Origin: a virus
Lineage: Duplodnaviria; Caudoviricetes
Direction: 5' to 3' (one strand)
Virus record (IMG/VR): IMGVR_UViG_3300011008_000045
Span: 1 to 64,000 of that record
Length of the DNA: 64,000 bases
Shown: one piece after another, positions 9,985 to 20,240 of the stretch
How positions within the stretch are numbered: position 1 is the first letter of the stretch
Layout: every line of letters begins with the position of its first letter
Position numbers and translations under genes: made by a program
Notes under the pieces: model-generated
Databases searched by the model: none
Told to the model about the DNA's origin: nothing
What the model saw: the letters and a program-made list of their open reading frames with translations, nothing else

Positions 9985-10947
9985 ATGTATTATTATAATA
10001 ATCCCAATGGTTATAATTATGGTTTTCCTCAGCAACAGACATATCCTTATCAGCCTCAGATGCAAGTTCAGGGACAGCCTATGCAAGTGCCACTTAATCA
10101 GAATGCATTAACTCCTGAAGAGATTAATAAGTTAAGATCTCTTAAGCCGAATGGAATGTTTAGTATTAAAATTTCTGAAGATGATGTTCTTCGCAGCATG
10201 TGTACTCACTGCCAGAATGGTGAGTCTGTAGTTTATATGCTTAATGATGGCAGTGGTCGTTGTGGTTGCCCGATTTGTGGAGCTATATGGATGCCCGATA
10301 CTTATACTAAAGAAGAAATTAAAGAACTCTGCGATAAAATAATTGATTCCATGCAGAGTGTTAAATGGGCAGGCGAACTTACTCCGACTGTTGTTAGAGA
10401 ATATTTTACTATGATTCCGCTGCTCGATAAATTTCCTGACTTATATGAGTATGCAACTAAGAATATGACAAAGATGTTTAATCAGCGTGGATTCATGAAT
10501 GCTAATGACGCTAATATCTATAATCAGTATAATAGTTTATTTGGCGTTGGCTATAATTATGGATTTCAGCAGCCTTATGCTCCTGCGTATGGTCAGAATA
10601 TGCCTTATTATAATCAGCAACCCATACAGCAGCCCGTACAGCAGAATCCGATGGTAAATCCCATGCAGGTTCAGCAGCCTCAGTATGGATTCCAGCAGCC
10701 CGTACAGCAGATGAATCCCCAGCAGCCTGTTAATACACAGTTTGTTGATCAGGCTGGTATGATGATGCCCGGATATGCTCCTCAGCAGCCAGTTAATCCT
10801 CAGCAGGCCTATGCTCCGGTTTATGGTCAGCCTCAGCCCGTACAGCAACCCCAGATACAGGTAACTGTTAATAATCCTCAGCAGCCTCAGGCAGCACCAG
10901 TACAGCAGCCGTTAGTAGTAGATAAGACTAAGAAGATCGATTTATAA
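9985..10947 (+). CDS. Zn-binding protein with Q/P/Y/N-rich low-complexity termini
   Basis: CTHC...CGCPICG core; QQP repeats; aggagg RBS and early promoter. Confidence 0.75.
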   Translation: MYYYNNPNGYNYGFPQQQTYPYQPQMQVQGQPMQVPLNQNALTPEEINKLRSLKPNGMFSIKISEDDVLRSMCTHCQNGESVVYMLNDGSGRCGCPICGAIWMPDTYTKEEIKELCDKIIDSMQSVKWAGELTPTVVREYFTMIPLLDKFPDLYEYATKNMTKMFNQRGFMNANDANIYNQYNSLFGVGYNYGFQQPYAPAYGQNMPYYNQQPIQQPVQQNPMVNPMQVQQPQYGFQQPVQQMNPQQPVNTQFVDQAGMMMPGYAPQQPVNPQQAYAPVYGQPQPVQQPQIQVTVNNPQQPQAAPVQQPLVVDKTKKIDL

Positions 10948-10972
10948 TAGTTAATTAGAATTATATTTAGAA

Positions 10973-11004
10973 TATAGAGTAAGCTCGAAAGGGCTTACTC
11001 TATA
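10973..11004 (+). terminator. Intrinsic terminator
   Basis: tatagagtaagctc-GAAA-gggcttactctata followed by T-run. Confidence 0.7.
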
Positions 11005-11033
11005 AGGTTTTTAAAAAGGATAAAATTTATATT

Positions 11034-11888
11034 ATGATACAATTTAATAATTTACAAGAAGGATTAAAATTTGCTTTTAATGGTTACGAATTTCATATAA
11101 TTAAGCTACCGAATAATCAAGAACCATATTTTATTGGTCCAGAATTAGTACCAATTTTTGCTGTTAAAGATTCATCATATATCACAAGAAATTTAAGCGA
11201 TTTCGAATATATTAATATCGATGTTAAAGAGCTTCCCCCACTATCTGGGGGAAGCTATGGCATCCATAAATTTAGTCCAGTCATTTCATTAATTTCTTTA
11301 GGTGGAGTGTTTGCTTTATGTAATAGATTATACCATAGAAATCCTAATGTGGCTGAATTTGCTAATTATATTAATCATGCAGTTTTACCAACTTTATGGA
11401 ATAATCCTCAAACAATGCTACAAATTAATGATCTATATAATCAGAATATAAAATTACAGCAACGTAACGAAGAGCTTTTACAAATGAACAAGATGAATTT
11501 TGATGGTAGAATAGAAGCTCAGGTTCAAAATATGAATTTGCGTAAAGAAAATAAAGAATTAATTAATTATAAGAATGAAAATGAAGCATTTAATGATCTT
11601 GGTAGAGCAGTGTATACTAATGGAGATAGTATAACTATAAATCAGTTTGCTAAGTTGCTGTCTAGCAGTTCAGAAAAATCGATTGGTGATCATAAAGTTA
11701 CTGCTGTTTTAATGGCTAATGGTTATTTGATGAAAGATTCTAGGAATATAAATACTCCTATACAGTTTAGTTTAAATAATGGTTATATGGCTGTAGGTAT
11801 AAATGGTAATGGTAAATATTATACTGTTATAACTCCTAAAGGTATAGATCATTTATTAAAATTATTTAAAAATATCAATTTGTATTAA
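11034..11888 (+). CDS. Bro-N / ANT(KilAC) antirepressor-like protein
   Basis: N-terminal Bro-N (PYFIG...ISLGGVF...VLPTL), coiled coil, C-terminal SITINQFAKLL...IG...ITPKG. Confidence 0.8.
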   Translation: MIQFNNLQEGLKFAFNGYEFHIIKLPNNQEPYFIGPELVPIFAVKDSSYITRNLSDFEYINIDVKELPPLSGGSYGIHKFSPVISLISLGGVFALCNRLYHRNPNVAEFANYINHAVLPTLWNNPQTMLQINDLYNQNIKLQQRNEELLQMNKMNFDGRIEAQVQNMNLRKENKELINYKNENEAFNDLGRAVYTNGDSITINQFAKLLSSSSEKSIGDHKVTAVLMANGYLMKDSRNINTPIQFSLNNGYMAVGINGNGKYYTVITPKGIDHLLKLFKNINLY

Positions 11889-12035
11889 CATTTATTTATT
11901 ATAACCAAGCTCTATGATAAGAGCTTGGTTATCTTTAAAATCTTATATTTTTATATTAAATATAAGAAAAGTGTAAAATTTTAATTTAAATATAAACTCT
12001 AAAATAATCATTTTATTTCGGAGGTATTTATATGA

Positions 12036-13583
12036 ATGGCTAAAAAAGACATAGAACCTGAATTAAAGCATGAAGATAAGATAGTTTCATTAGACACTCA
12101 ACTTGAAGCAGTAAGAAAACTTCCGGATATGTTTATTGGTGCTATTGGTAATCCTGGATTTATGAATATGATAAGAGAAATAGTACAAAATTCTCTTGAT
12201 TGTATTGCTAAAGGATATACTAATAATAAAGATATTATAGTATCTTATGATGCTATAACTCATACAGTTATAGTTGAAGATAATGGACCTGGTGTAGATC
12301 CTAACGATCTTGTAAAAGCATTTGGAACTTTATACTCTAGTTCTAATTATAATAAACAAGCTGGATCTGGTAATTATAGTTCTGGTAAGAACGGTGCTGG
12401 TTCAAGCATTACTAATTTTCTAAGCAGATTTTATACTGTAGAATCTAGACGTATGGATGGATCTACTGGTAAGGTAGAATTTATCGAAGGAGTATTATCT
12501 TCTAAAGGATTACAAAAATTAAAACCTATTCCTGGTAAGCATGGATTAATGACTATATTTGCTCCAACTGCAATGATGGGTGAAATTACTGTTACTCCAG
12601 AAATGGTTGGTAATATGCTATGGGAGCAATGTCATATATACCCTATAGGATGTAGAATTACATATAATTCTATAGCTTTAAATGGAAATAAAAATAGTGT
12701 TATTATAGAAAATCATGATGGATTGAATGAAATGCTCGCAACATTATGTCATAAACCATTAATCAAACCAATAAGATTTTCTAATGATGATGGTTCTAGA
12801 GCAGTAGATATTTCTTTATGTTATGATTTAGATGATATGGGAGAACCAATAATATTAGCATTAGCAAATATGTGTCATGTTGATGCATTAGAATCTACTC
12901 ATGTCATTGGAACTACTAATGCTTTAATTAAATTCTTTAGAGACTATATGAATAAAGTCTATATTCCTAGCACTAGAAATAAAAAATTAGTTATTAATGC
13001 TCAAGATATTCGTACAGGTTTAAGAGGAGTTATTACTTGTAAAAGTTTAACTCCATTATATAGCGGTCAGAGTAAAAATCTATATACTGAAAAAGAAATG
13101 GAAGATTATGCTTATAATGTAACTTTATCTTCTATTGATTCTTGGGCTAAGAATAATTCTACAGAATTACAAAAATTATGTAGATATTTTAAAGATGTTT
13201 GCGAAATCCGTAGTAATGTAGAAAATCAAAAAGTTAAATTAAGCAATAACTATCAATCTAGTGCCATAGGCGGAGATCCTATAAAATTTAAGAAACCTGT
13301 GAATCGTAATAAAGGTGAATGGGAATTATGGCTAATGGAAGGTGATTCTGCTGCTGGAGGTTTTCAAAATGAACGTGGACCTAAGACTAATATTGGTCTT
13401 ATGCCATTGAAAGGTAAAATTAAGAATCCTTTTACTACACCGCCTAAAACTTTATTCGAAAATGATGAAATAGCTGGCATCACTAAATTATGTGGATATA
13501 ATGGATATACTGGTAAGAAATTCGATCCTGAATTATTTAGACCGGGTAAGGTTGTATTTGCTACGGATGCTGATGCAGACGGT
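12036..13583 (+). CDS. gyrB: DNA gyrase/topoisomerase II subunit B, exon 1
   Basis: AVRKLPDMFIG, EIVQNSLD, DNGPG, GKNGAG, EGDSA, PLKGK and TDADADG motifs; spliced to 13868 gives DADADG-SHI, 787 aa. Confidence 0.92.
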
Positions 13584-13867
13584 TTGAGAAGAGCCGCTTA
13601 ATAATAGAAATATTATTATGATAATCTTTTAAATTGCTGGAATATTCTTAAGATATTATAATATCTAATATATATAGATATGATAAATTATAATATATAA
13701 TAATATGAAATAATAACAGAATAATCAGCAGCGAGATATAAATCTTGTTCAACGACTATACAAAGATAACTTATAGAGTTAATGATATAGTCTTGTCATC
13801 TAGTTGTAATACTAGAGAAGTTCATAAGAGAACTGCTATATATAAATAATATATAGTGAAAACCACG
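13584..13867 (+). mobile_element. ORF-less group I intron in gyrB (284 nt)
   Basis: Exon ends in U and pairs cggU/Gccg (P1 U.G); intron ends in G; core elements aaattgctgga, aatcagcag, gttcaacgacta, gatatagtct; removal restores the TOPRIM motif DADG|SHI in frame. Confidence 0.92.
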
Positions 13868-14683
13868 TCACACATCGCTTGTTTATTATTAGGATTTTTC
13901 TTACGTTATATGCCATTTGCATTTGGTGATCCTAATGGAGATGGTAGAGATTCTAAGATATTTACTGCAAATCCTCCGTTATATGGGTATAGTGAAGGTA
14001 AAAACATGAAGTTCTTCGCTAATACTTTAGAATATGTAGAATTTGTTCAGGAAAGATTTTGTGCTAAACACACTTTAGCTGATGCTGTTACTGGTAAGAA
14101 ATTAACTAGAAATGAAATCACTAATCTACTCTATATTAATCAAGATTATATTGAATTAATAAATCATGTAAGTTCGACTATAAATCCATATTTAGTTGAA
14201 TTATTATTAATTAATAAAGATTTACCATATAATAAATTAAAGAAACTTGTTGAGTCTAAATATAAATTCTTAACAGTATCTAAAGCTAATAATGAAATAA
14301 CTGTTGTTGGTTTATTAGAATTAGTGTATCAGAGAGTTTTCTTTAATGATAGAATGCTATCTATGTGTTCTCAAGCATTAACTGCTATTAATAGAAATGC
14401 TAAAAAATATTATCTATTAGATGGAGAGTTAATGAGTATTTATGGTATTATGAGTAGATTTGATGAATTGGCTCCGGTTGTAACTCGCTATAAAGGGTTG
14501 GGGGAAGCGAAACCGGAAGTGTTTGCTAAAGTAATGTTAGTGCCTGGATATGGTAGATGCTTAAGGCAATATACTATTAAAGATGCTCAGAAAGAATTAA
14601 AACAAATGATATCTTTACAGTCAGAGAAATCTAAATTCTTAGAGAATTTTGATGGTAAAATTAGAAGAGAAGATGTAGAGTAA
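13868..14683 (+). CDS. gyrB: DNA gyrase subunit B, exon 2
   Basis: SHIACLL, PPLY and RYKGLGE motifs. Confidence 0.9.
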   Translation, partial: SHIACLLLGFFLRYMPFAFGDPNGDGRDSKIFTANPPLYGYSEGKNMKFFANTLEYVEFVQERFCAKHTLADAVTGKKLTRNEITNLLYINQDYIELINHVSSTINPYLVELLLINKDLPYNKLKKLVESKYKFLTVSKANNEITVVGLLELVYQRVFFNDRMLSMCSQALTAINRNAKKYYLLDGELMSIYGIMSRFDELAPVVTRYKGLGEAKPEVFAKVMLVPGYGRCLRQYTIKDAQKELKQMISLQSEKSKFLENFDGKIRREDVE

Positions 14684-14836
14684 TTTAATTTTAAATAGAC
14701 TATATTTTATTATAGTCTATTTTTATTTTTGTAATAAAATAAAAATATTATTACATATAAAGTAATCAATTTATTTTTGATTCTTATAGTAAGAAGATAT
14801 ATTTTAAATTTATAATCCGGGAGGATAAGTTATATT

Positions 14837-15568
14837 ATGATTAAAAGTTATAGTAATCAGAAGAATCGTAGACAGCGCCCAGAGAATTTAGTTATTCGTG
14901 TTAAAGCAGTTTTACCTGATAATATTTCAAGTAATGTTAAAAATCAGTTGACTGAAGTATTAGCATCAACTAAATTTAGTAAATTACCAATTAACATTTT
15001 TGTTCCCAGCAGCTTTATTTATGCTGAAGATCGTTCTAACGATGAACGTAAACCTTTCAGAATAAATAATTTTGTTAGCGCTGGTTTCATTCGTAATTAC
15101 TTCATTGAAGACAAATCATTTGAAGTTGTTGTATTTAGTAAATATGCTGATAAAATCAGTGAATTTACTACTCCTGCAATTGAAATTATTTATAGAGAAT
15201 CTAATGATAGTACTGAATTAAATAATATTATTAGATTCAATATCATTGATATTGATAAAATCCAGCAGGAAACAGAACTTCATCGTGATCATAGATTTAC
15301 TCGTAGAGATAGACGTAATACATCGTATAAAACTCCTGTCCAGAACTCAGTTTCATTGAATCCTATGAGTAATGAAACTGGTAAAGAGAGTGCTTTAGAA
15401 TCAGCTAGAAGTGCTGCTGAAGATAAAGATACTGTTGATGATAGTATGGGTGTTACTATAGGCGATGTATTTAATCATTCTGTTGCTGAGAGTAATGATA
15501 TGTCAGAGGAAGAATATGAAGAAGGTCCTCAGGAAGACTCGGAACCGGCTGAAGAGCTGCCGGAATAA
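14837..15568 (+). CDS. Hypothetical protein with acidic C-terminus
   Basis: gggagg RBS; lies between gyrB and gyrA. Confidence 0.7.
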   Translation: MIKSYSNQKNRRQRPENLVIRVKAVLPDNISSNVKNQLTEVLASTKFSKLPINIFVPSSFIYAEDRSNDERKPFRINNFVSAGFIRNYFIEDKSFEVVVFSKYADKISEFTTPAIEIIYRESNDSTELNNIIRFNIIDIDKIQQETELHRDHRFTRRDRRNTSYKTPVQNSVSLNPMSNETGKESALESARSAAEDKDTVDDSMGVTIGDVFNHSVAESNDMSEEEYEEGPQEDSEPAEELPE

Positions 15569-15597
15569 ATAATTTATTAAGATATATGGATTTATTT

Positions 15598-15628
15598 AAT
15601 TCCGGATGGAAATTTTCCATCCGGAATT
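15598..15628 (+). terminator. Intrinsic terminator
   Basis: aattccggatggaaa/tttccatccggaatt inverted repeat. Confidence 0.65.
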
Positions 15629-15728
15629 CCATTTGTTAAAAATAAAATATAATTATATATTATATTAATAGAGAGATAAAACCCAAACTTCTAAATAACG
15701 CATTTTAAGGAGGTTTAACACTTAACAA

Positions 15729-18143
15729 ATGGCTGTAAAAAAGAAAAAAGAAGTTGTAGATAAGAAAAACCCACAGATACCAGATAAGATAATACAAGTA
15801 AATGCTATAGATCAATATATGTCCGATATGGCTAGATATAGTATTTATGTATTATTTGATAGATTTGTTCCTAACTTTCAAGATGGACTTAAACCAGTTC
15901 AACGGAGAACTTTATATTGTATGTGGAATGATATAAAATGTCATTCTTTAAGTTCAAAACGAAAATCTGCTAATACTACTGGAATGACAATAGCTTTATA
16001 TCATGCACATTCCTCGGATGCAGTCTACGACACTATGAAAAAGTTATGTAATTGGTTTGAATGTAAAATACCATTAATAGAATATGATTCTAACTCTGGT
16101 TCTATTCAAGGATCAGATCAAGCAGCTTCAAGATATACAGAAAGTTATCTTAGTAAGTTTGCTATGGATGTAATATTTGCTGATTTAGAAGAATCTAAAT
16201 CTGTAGTTGATTGGAATAAGACATTTGATAATCATACTGTAGAACCATCTGCATTACCTGTGAAGATTCCATTATTATTAGTTAATGGTAATTTTGGTAT
16301 TTCTATTGGTGAAAGGAATGAAAGTCCATCTCATAGTTTAAATGATGTTATTGATGCTACGATAAATGTGTTACATGATATAAATGCTAAAGTAGTATTA
16401 ATTCCAGACCCATGTCAGAAATGTGAGATTGTTAATACTGATTGGGAAAAGATTAGTAAGTTAGGTTTTGGATATTATACTCAGAGAGGTATAATAGATA
16501 CTATAGTAAATGGTAATGAGACTTATCTTAGTATAAAATCAACTCCAAATTTAGTATGGGCTAATACTGTCATCGAAGGAATCGAAAATCTTATTAAGAA
16601 TGGTAAACTTATACAAATTAAAGATATTGTAGATTACACTGATAGAGATCAAATGGATATACGTATATATCTTAAGAATGGAGCAGATCCTGAATATGTA
16701 AAACAGATGATATATAAGCATACTCCATTACAGAATGTTGCTAGAGTTAATCTTAGAGTAATAGTTCATGATGGACCTATGCTGGATCTTAAGCATTTTA
16801 GTTATAAAGCTTATATTGTATCATTTTTAAATTTTAGAAGGGATGTTAAGTTTAGACTTTATAATGCTAGACTACAGAAAGTAGAAACTAGATTACATGC
16901 TATAGATACTTATATTAAAATATTAGAGAGTGGTCATATAGAAGAAATCATTCATGCTATAAGGAATAAAACTAATGCTAATGAAGAAGCTTTAATAGAA
17001 TGGTTAATGAAACTTCTTAAGATAACTGATTTACAGGCTAAATTTATTCTAAATACTCAACTTAAAGCTTTATCAAAAAGCTCTTTAAAATCTTATAAAG
17101 AAGAGCAAAAGAAATTAAATGAGTTAGTCGAGTTTTATATTAATATAATAACTCGACCAGAATTAATTGATAAAGAAATAGAGCAAGAGTTATTAGATAT
17201 AAAAGCTAAATATGGCAAACCAAGACAATCCATATTAATTTCTGAATCAACAGCATCTAATATTCCCGCAGGTGAATTTCAAGTTATAATGTATAATAAT
17301 GGTATTATTAGAAAAATACCTTTAAATGAATCTATAAGAAATCATAAAGAATTAACTCCTATAAGTGTGATTATTGGAGATAACTCTAAAGATATTTTAA
17401 TATTTGATGAGAATGGTAAAGCATTTAAACTACCGATACATAAAATTCCATTATCTAGTGGCACTTTTAAAGGAATGGATATCAGGTTATTATTAAAGAA
17501 ATTAAGTGGTAATGTAATATCAACTCTATATCTACCATTAGTACAACAATTAGCAGACAAGAAAGGTAAATATTTCCTCATTATAGCTACACGTAATGGT
17601 ATGATTAAACGAATAGATTTAGATGATATTATTAATTCTACTCCGAGTGGAATATTATATACTAAACTTTCTCAAAATGATTCTGTAAGTAATGTCTTTA
17701 TAGCTGGTTCTAAAAATGATATTATATTATATACATCAACTAAAGCGTTACGAACTAATATATCTAATGTACCTTATGTTAAAAGAGCTGCTCTTGGTAA
17801 TATTGGTATAAAAACAACAGAACCTATCAGGGGCATGAGTCTATTACCTCATGATTGTAATTATATCGTTGTAGTCACTAATAATGGTAAATTTACTAAG
17901 ATACCTCAGAATATGATTCCTCAGAGTAATACTAATAGAGCTGGTAGTAAACTTATAAAATTAAGTAAGATTGATTTTATAGCATCTATTATAGCATGTA
18001 ATGATAGTAGTACTATAAGATGTATTCAAAGTAATAGTCAATCTATTGATATTCCGGTATCATCTATTCCAATAGAAGACTCTATAGGCAATGGAATTCA
18101 GATGTCTGCAGGAGTTATTGATGTAAAACTTATTAAATTATAA
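15729..18143 (+). CDS. gyrA: DNA gyrase/topoisomerase II subunit A
   Basis: DGLKPVQRR, YHAH, AASRYTE (catalytic Tyr), PLLLVNG; C-terminal beta-pinwheel-like repeats. Confidence 0.92.
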   Translation: MAVKKKKEVVDKKNPQIPDKIIQVNAIDQYMSDMARYSIYVLFDRFVPNFQDGLKPVQRRTLYCMWNDIKCHSLSSKRKSANTTGMTIALYHAHSSDAVYDTMKKLCNWFECKIPLIEYDSNSGSIQGSDQAASRYTESYLSKFAMDVIFADLEESKSVVDWNKTFDNHTVEPSALPVKIPLLLVNGNFGISIGERNESPSHSLNDVIDATINVLHDINAKVVLIPDPCQKCEIVNTDWEKISKLGFGYYTQRGIIDTIVNGNETYLSIKSTPNLVWANTVIEGIENLIKNGKLIQIKDIVDYTDRDQMDIRIYLKNGADPEYVKQMIYKHTPLQNVARVNLRVIVHDGPMLDLKHFSYKAYIVSFLNFRRDVKFRLYNARLQKVETRLHAIDTYIKILESGHIEEIIHAIRNKTNANEEALIEWLMKLLKITDLQAKFILNTQLKALSKSSLKSYKEEQKKLNELVEFYINIITRPELIDKEIEQELLDIKAKYGKPRQSILISESTASNIPAGEFQVIMYNNGIIRKIPLNESIRNHKELTPISVIIGDNSKDILIFDENGKAFKLPIHKIPLSSGTFKGMDIRLLLKKLSGNVISTLYLPLVQQLADKKGKYFLIIATRNGMIKRIDLDDIINSTPSGILYTKLSQNDSVSNVFIAGSKNDIILYTSTKALRTNISNVPYVKRAALGNIGIKTTEPIRGMSLLPHDCNYIVVVTNNGKFTKIPQNMIPQSNTNRAGSKLIKLSKIDFIASIIACNDSSTIRCIQSNSQSIDIPVSSIPIEDSIGNGIQMSAGVIDVKLIKL

Positions 18144-18163
18144 TAGATATTACATATTATTAA

Positions 18164-18299
18164 AATGATAATCAAGCACGCAGAGCATAATATTATATCA
18201 CAAGCGCAATTAAATATATAATATTTTAAAAGAACTAACTGTCCTTTCTATTAATTTTTGATTATCATTGTCAGGACGTGTGCTTATAAGCACACGTCC
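18164..18299 (+). ncRNA. Candidate small RNA (12-bp closing stem plus palindromic terminator)
   Basis: Late motif at 18152; aatgataatcaa (18164) pairs with ttgattatcatt (18258); perfect 26-bp palindrome 18274-18299. Confidence 0.3.
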
Positions 18300-18339
18300 A
18301 TTTTTATATTTATTTTTTATAAAGGAGACTTAATAAAAA

Positions 18340-18516
18340 GTGGCTAGTTTAAAAAATCTAACTAGAGCAATGAAAGTAGAATTAGGCAAAAAATGTAAAA
18401 TTAAAGCGGATAAATATGGTTATACTAAGAATACTCCAGATTTTATTGAATTGATTGAAAGAGATTCTGGTAAAACCTTAATAATAAATAAATCTGATTA
18501 TAATATTCATTTTTAA
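18340..18516 (+). CDS. Small hypothetical protein (58 aa, not in ORF track)
   Basis: aaaggag RBS, GTG start, MASLKNLTRAMK...YNIHF*. Confidence 0.55.
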   Translation: MASLKNLTRAMKVELGKKCKIKADKYGYTKNTPDFIELIERDSGKTLIINKSDYNIHF

Positions 18517-18518
18517 TT

Positions 18519-19040
18519 ATGAAAATGAATGATAAAAAAGAAAATAATAGTATATGTGATTTTGTTATCATAGCTACGGGTATTAAGAATGATTTAGATG
18601 AATTTTATAAAATATTAAGCAATGATTATAATGATCGTCATATGTTTTGTATAGATCGAAGCAGTTTAGAGAAATTTGAAACTCTAGAAGATAAAAAAAC
18701 AAATACATATACTTATAATATTGCTGGAAAATGTAAATTCTCTATATATGCTTGCATGTTACCCGCTAAAGGAACACATTACTATTATAATACATTATTA
18801 GCTATGAGTGTAGTTAATAAAATTAATTGCCCTGTAAAAGTAGAAGATTATAAGAATTTTCACTTAGCTACGAATATTATAGAAATATCTAGAGTATTAA
18901 AATTATATTTTAAATTATGGGGATATAATAAAGATAATGATGACATAATGGAGTGGTATATAATAAATAATGGTATTATTATTGATAGCTGGTTAACCGG
19001 AGAATATAAATTATTAGGATATGGGTGTTATAATTTTTAA
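18519..19040 (+). CDS. Hypothetical protein, paralog of the N-terminal domain of 20241-21716
   Basis: Shared (S/N)IC(D/E)F...G-x-CK(F/W)S-x-Y-x-C...S-x-x-L-x-L pattern. Confidence 0.7.
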   Translation: MKMNDKKENNSICDFVIIATGIKNDLDEFYKILSNDYNDRHMFCIDRSSLEKFETLEDKKTNTYTYNIAGKCKFSIYACMLPAKGTHYYYNTLLAMSVVNKINCPVKVEDYKNFHLATNIIEISRVLKLYFKLWGYNKDNDDIMEWYIINNGIIIDSWLTGEYKLLGYGCYNF

Positions 19041-19128
19041 GTCTTAAATTAAATTTTGATTATATATAAAATTTAGTAATACCATAAAAGGTATTACTAA
19101 ATTTTATATAATGAAAGGAATTTTTATT

Positions 19129-20148
19129 ATGGCTAACACTAATAGTTCTAATAATCAATACAGTATTACTAATAATGCTTTAAATATATTATTTAATAAT
19201 ACTGAATTTCGTACAGTTGAAGAAAATGGTGTCACTTAGTTTGTTGCTACAGATATAGCCCATTATCTTGGTTATCGTGATGCATGTGCAATGGTAAGGT
19301 CGATATTATCAGATATTGAGCAGAATCCAAACTTAAAGGGTACACACAAAGTGTGTACCCCTGGAGGAGAACAGGATTTACTTTGTATTTCTGAACAAGC
19401 GTCAGATTTATTATGTATGAGATTACGTCGTTCAGATGTTGAAGCTTTTAGAAATCAGGTTCTTAATATTGTGTATTCTGTTAGACATAAGGGTATGTAT
19501 GTTGATCCTAATATATTGGATGAAATTGCAAATAATCCTAATCCAGAATATGCTGCTGCTCAGGCTAGATTATATTATGAGTGGCAGAGAACTATGGATC
19601 TTAATAATATGCTTAATAAACAAATAGCTCAGCAGCAGCCATTAGTTAATTTCGCTAATAGTATAATGGATTCTGGTAATACAATATCAATGAATGAATT
19701 AGCTAAATTAATTTGGAATAATTATACTGAAGATATTGGTAGAAATCGTATGATGGAAATGATGAGAAAAGATGGTTTCTTATTATTAGATAATACTCCA
19801 TCGCAGTTTAGTGTTTCTAATGGTTATATGGTTTTAGTATATAAAGATAATAATGTTCCTGTGTCGAGAATTACTCCTTATGGAGCTCAGTATTTTATGA
19901 ATTATTATTGTCATATTGATATTATGAGCCCTAACTATATGCAGCAGCATGATAATTATAGAATTATGTCTCAGCAGTATAAGATTGATAGTATGGGTTC
20001 ATTAATTAATCATATTAATTCTACATATGGACCTTTTAATGATGTTAAGTCTAAATTCTTAGTTCAACAAGTAGAACTTACTGATTTTAAAGTTAAAAAA
20101 CCGCCATTAATTGTTGATATCAATAAGAAAGATAAATCTAGTAAGTAA
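19129..20148 (+). pseudogene. Bro-N / ANT(KilAC) gene with in-frame TAG at codon 37
   Basis: RBS plus ATG 19129 in frame with ORF 19291; TAG at 19237-19239 replaces the conserved Trp of (W)FVA-x-DIA-x-x-LGY. Confidence 0.75.
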
Positions 20149-20240
20149 TTCATTTTAGTTAGTTAATCTATTTAATAATTAAGAATCTCTATATTAATAT
20201 AGAGATTCTTATCATATTATTATAAGAAAGGATTTTTATT

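Noticed and set aside
13856-13867. Independent starts for ORFs 13856, 33712 and 41338 (genes split into separate subunits)
   Set aside because: Intron removal fuses each in frame to the upstream exon; for gyrB and the RNAP gene this restores conserved motifs.
18231-18245. Self-targets of array spacers (gaactaac and actgtcct here; ttgttcaa in introns; ccaatagagtgg at 8948)
   Set aside because: Only single-spacer matches without the partner spacer adjacent, as expected by chance in 64 kb of AT-rich DNA. My search was by eye and not exhaustive.
19237-19239. TAG stop-codon reassignment
   Set aside because: TAG terminates several normal genes (21716, 52258, 62436, 63838) and long genes are intact under the standard code; other apparent breaks are explained by introns.
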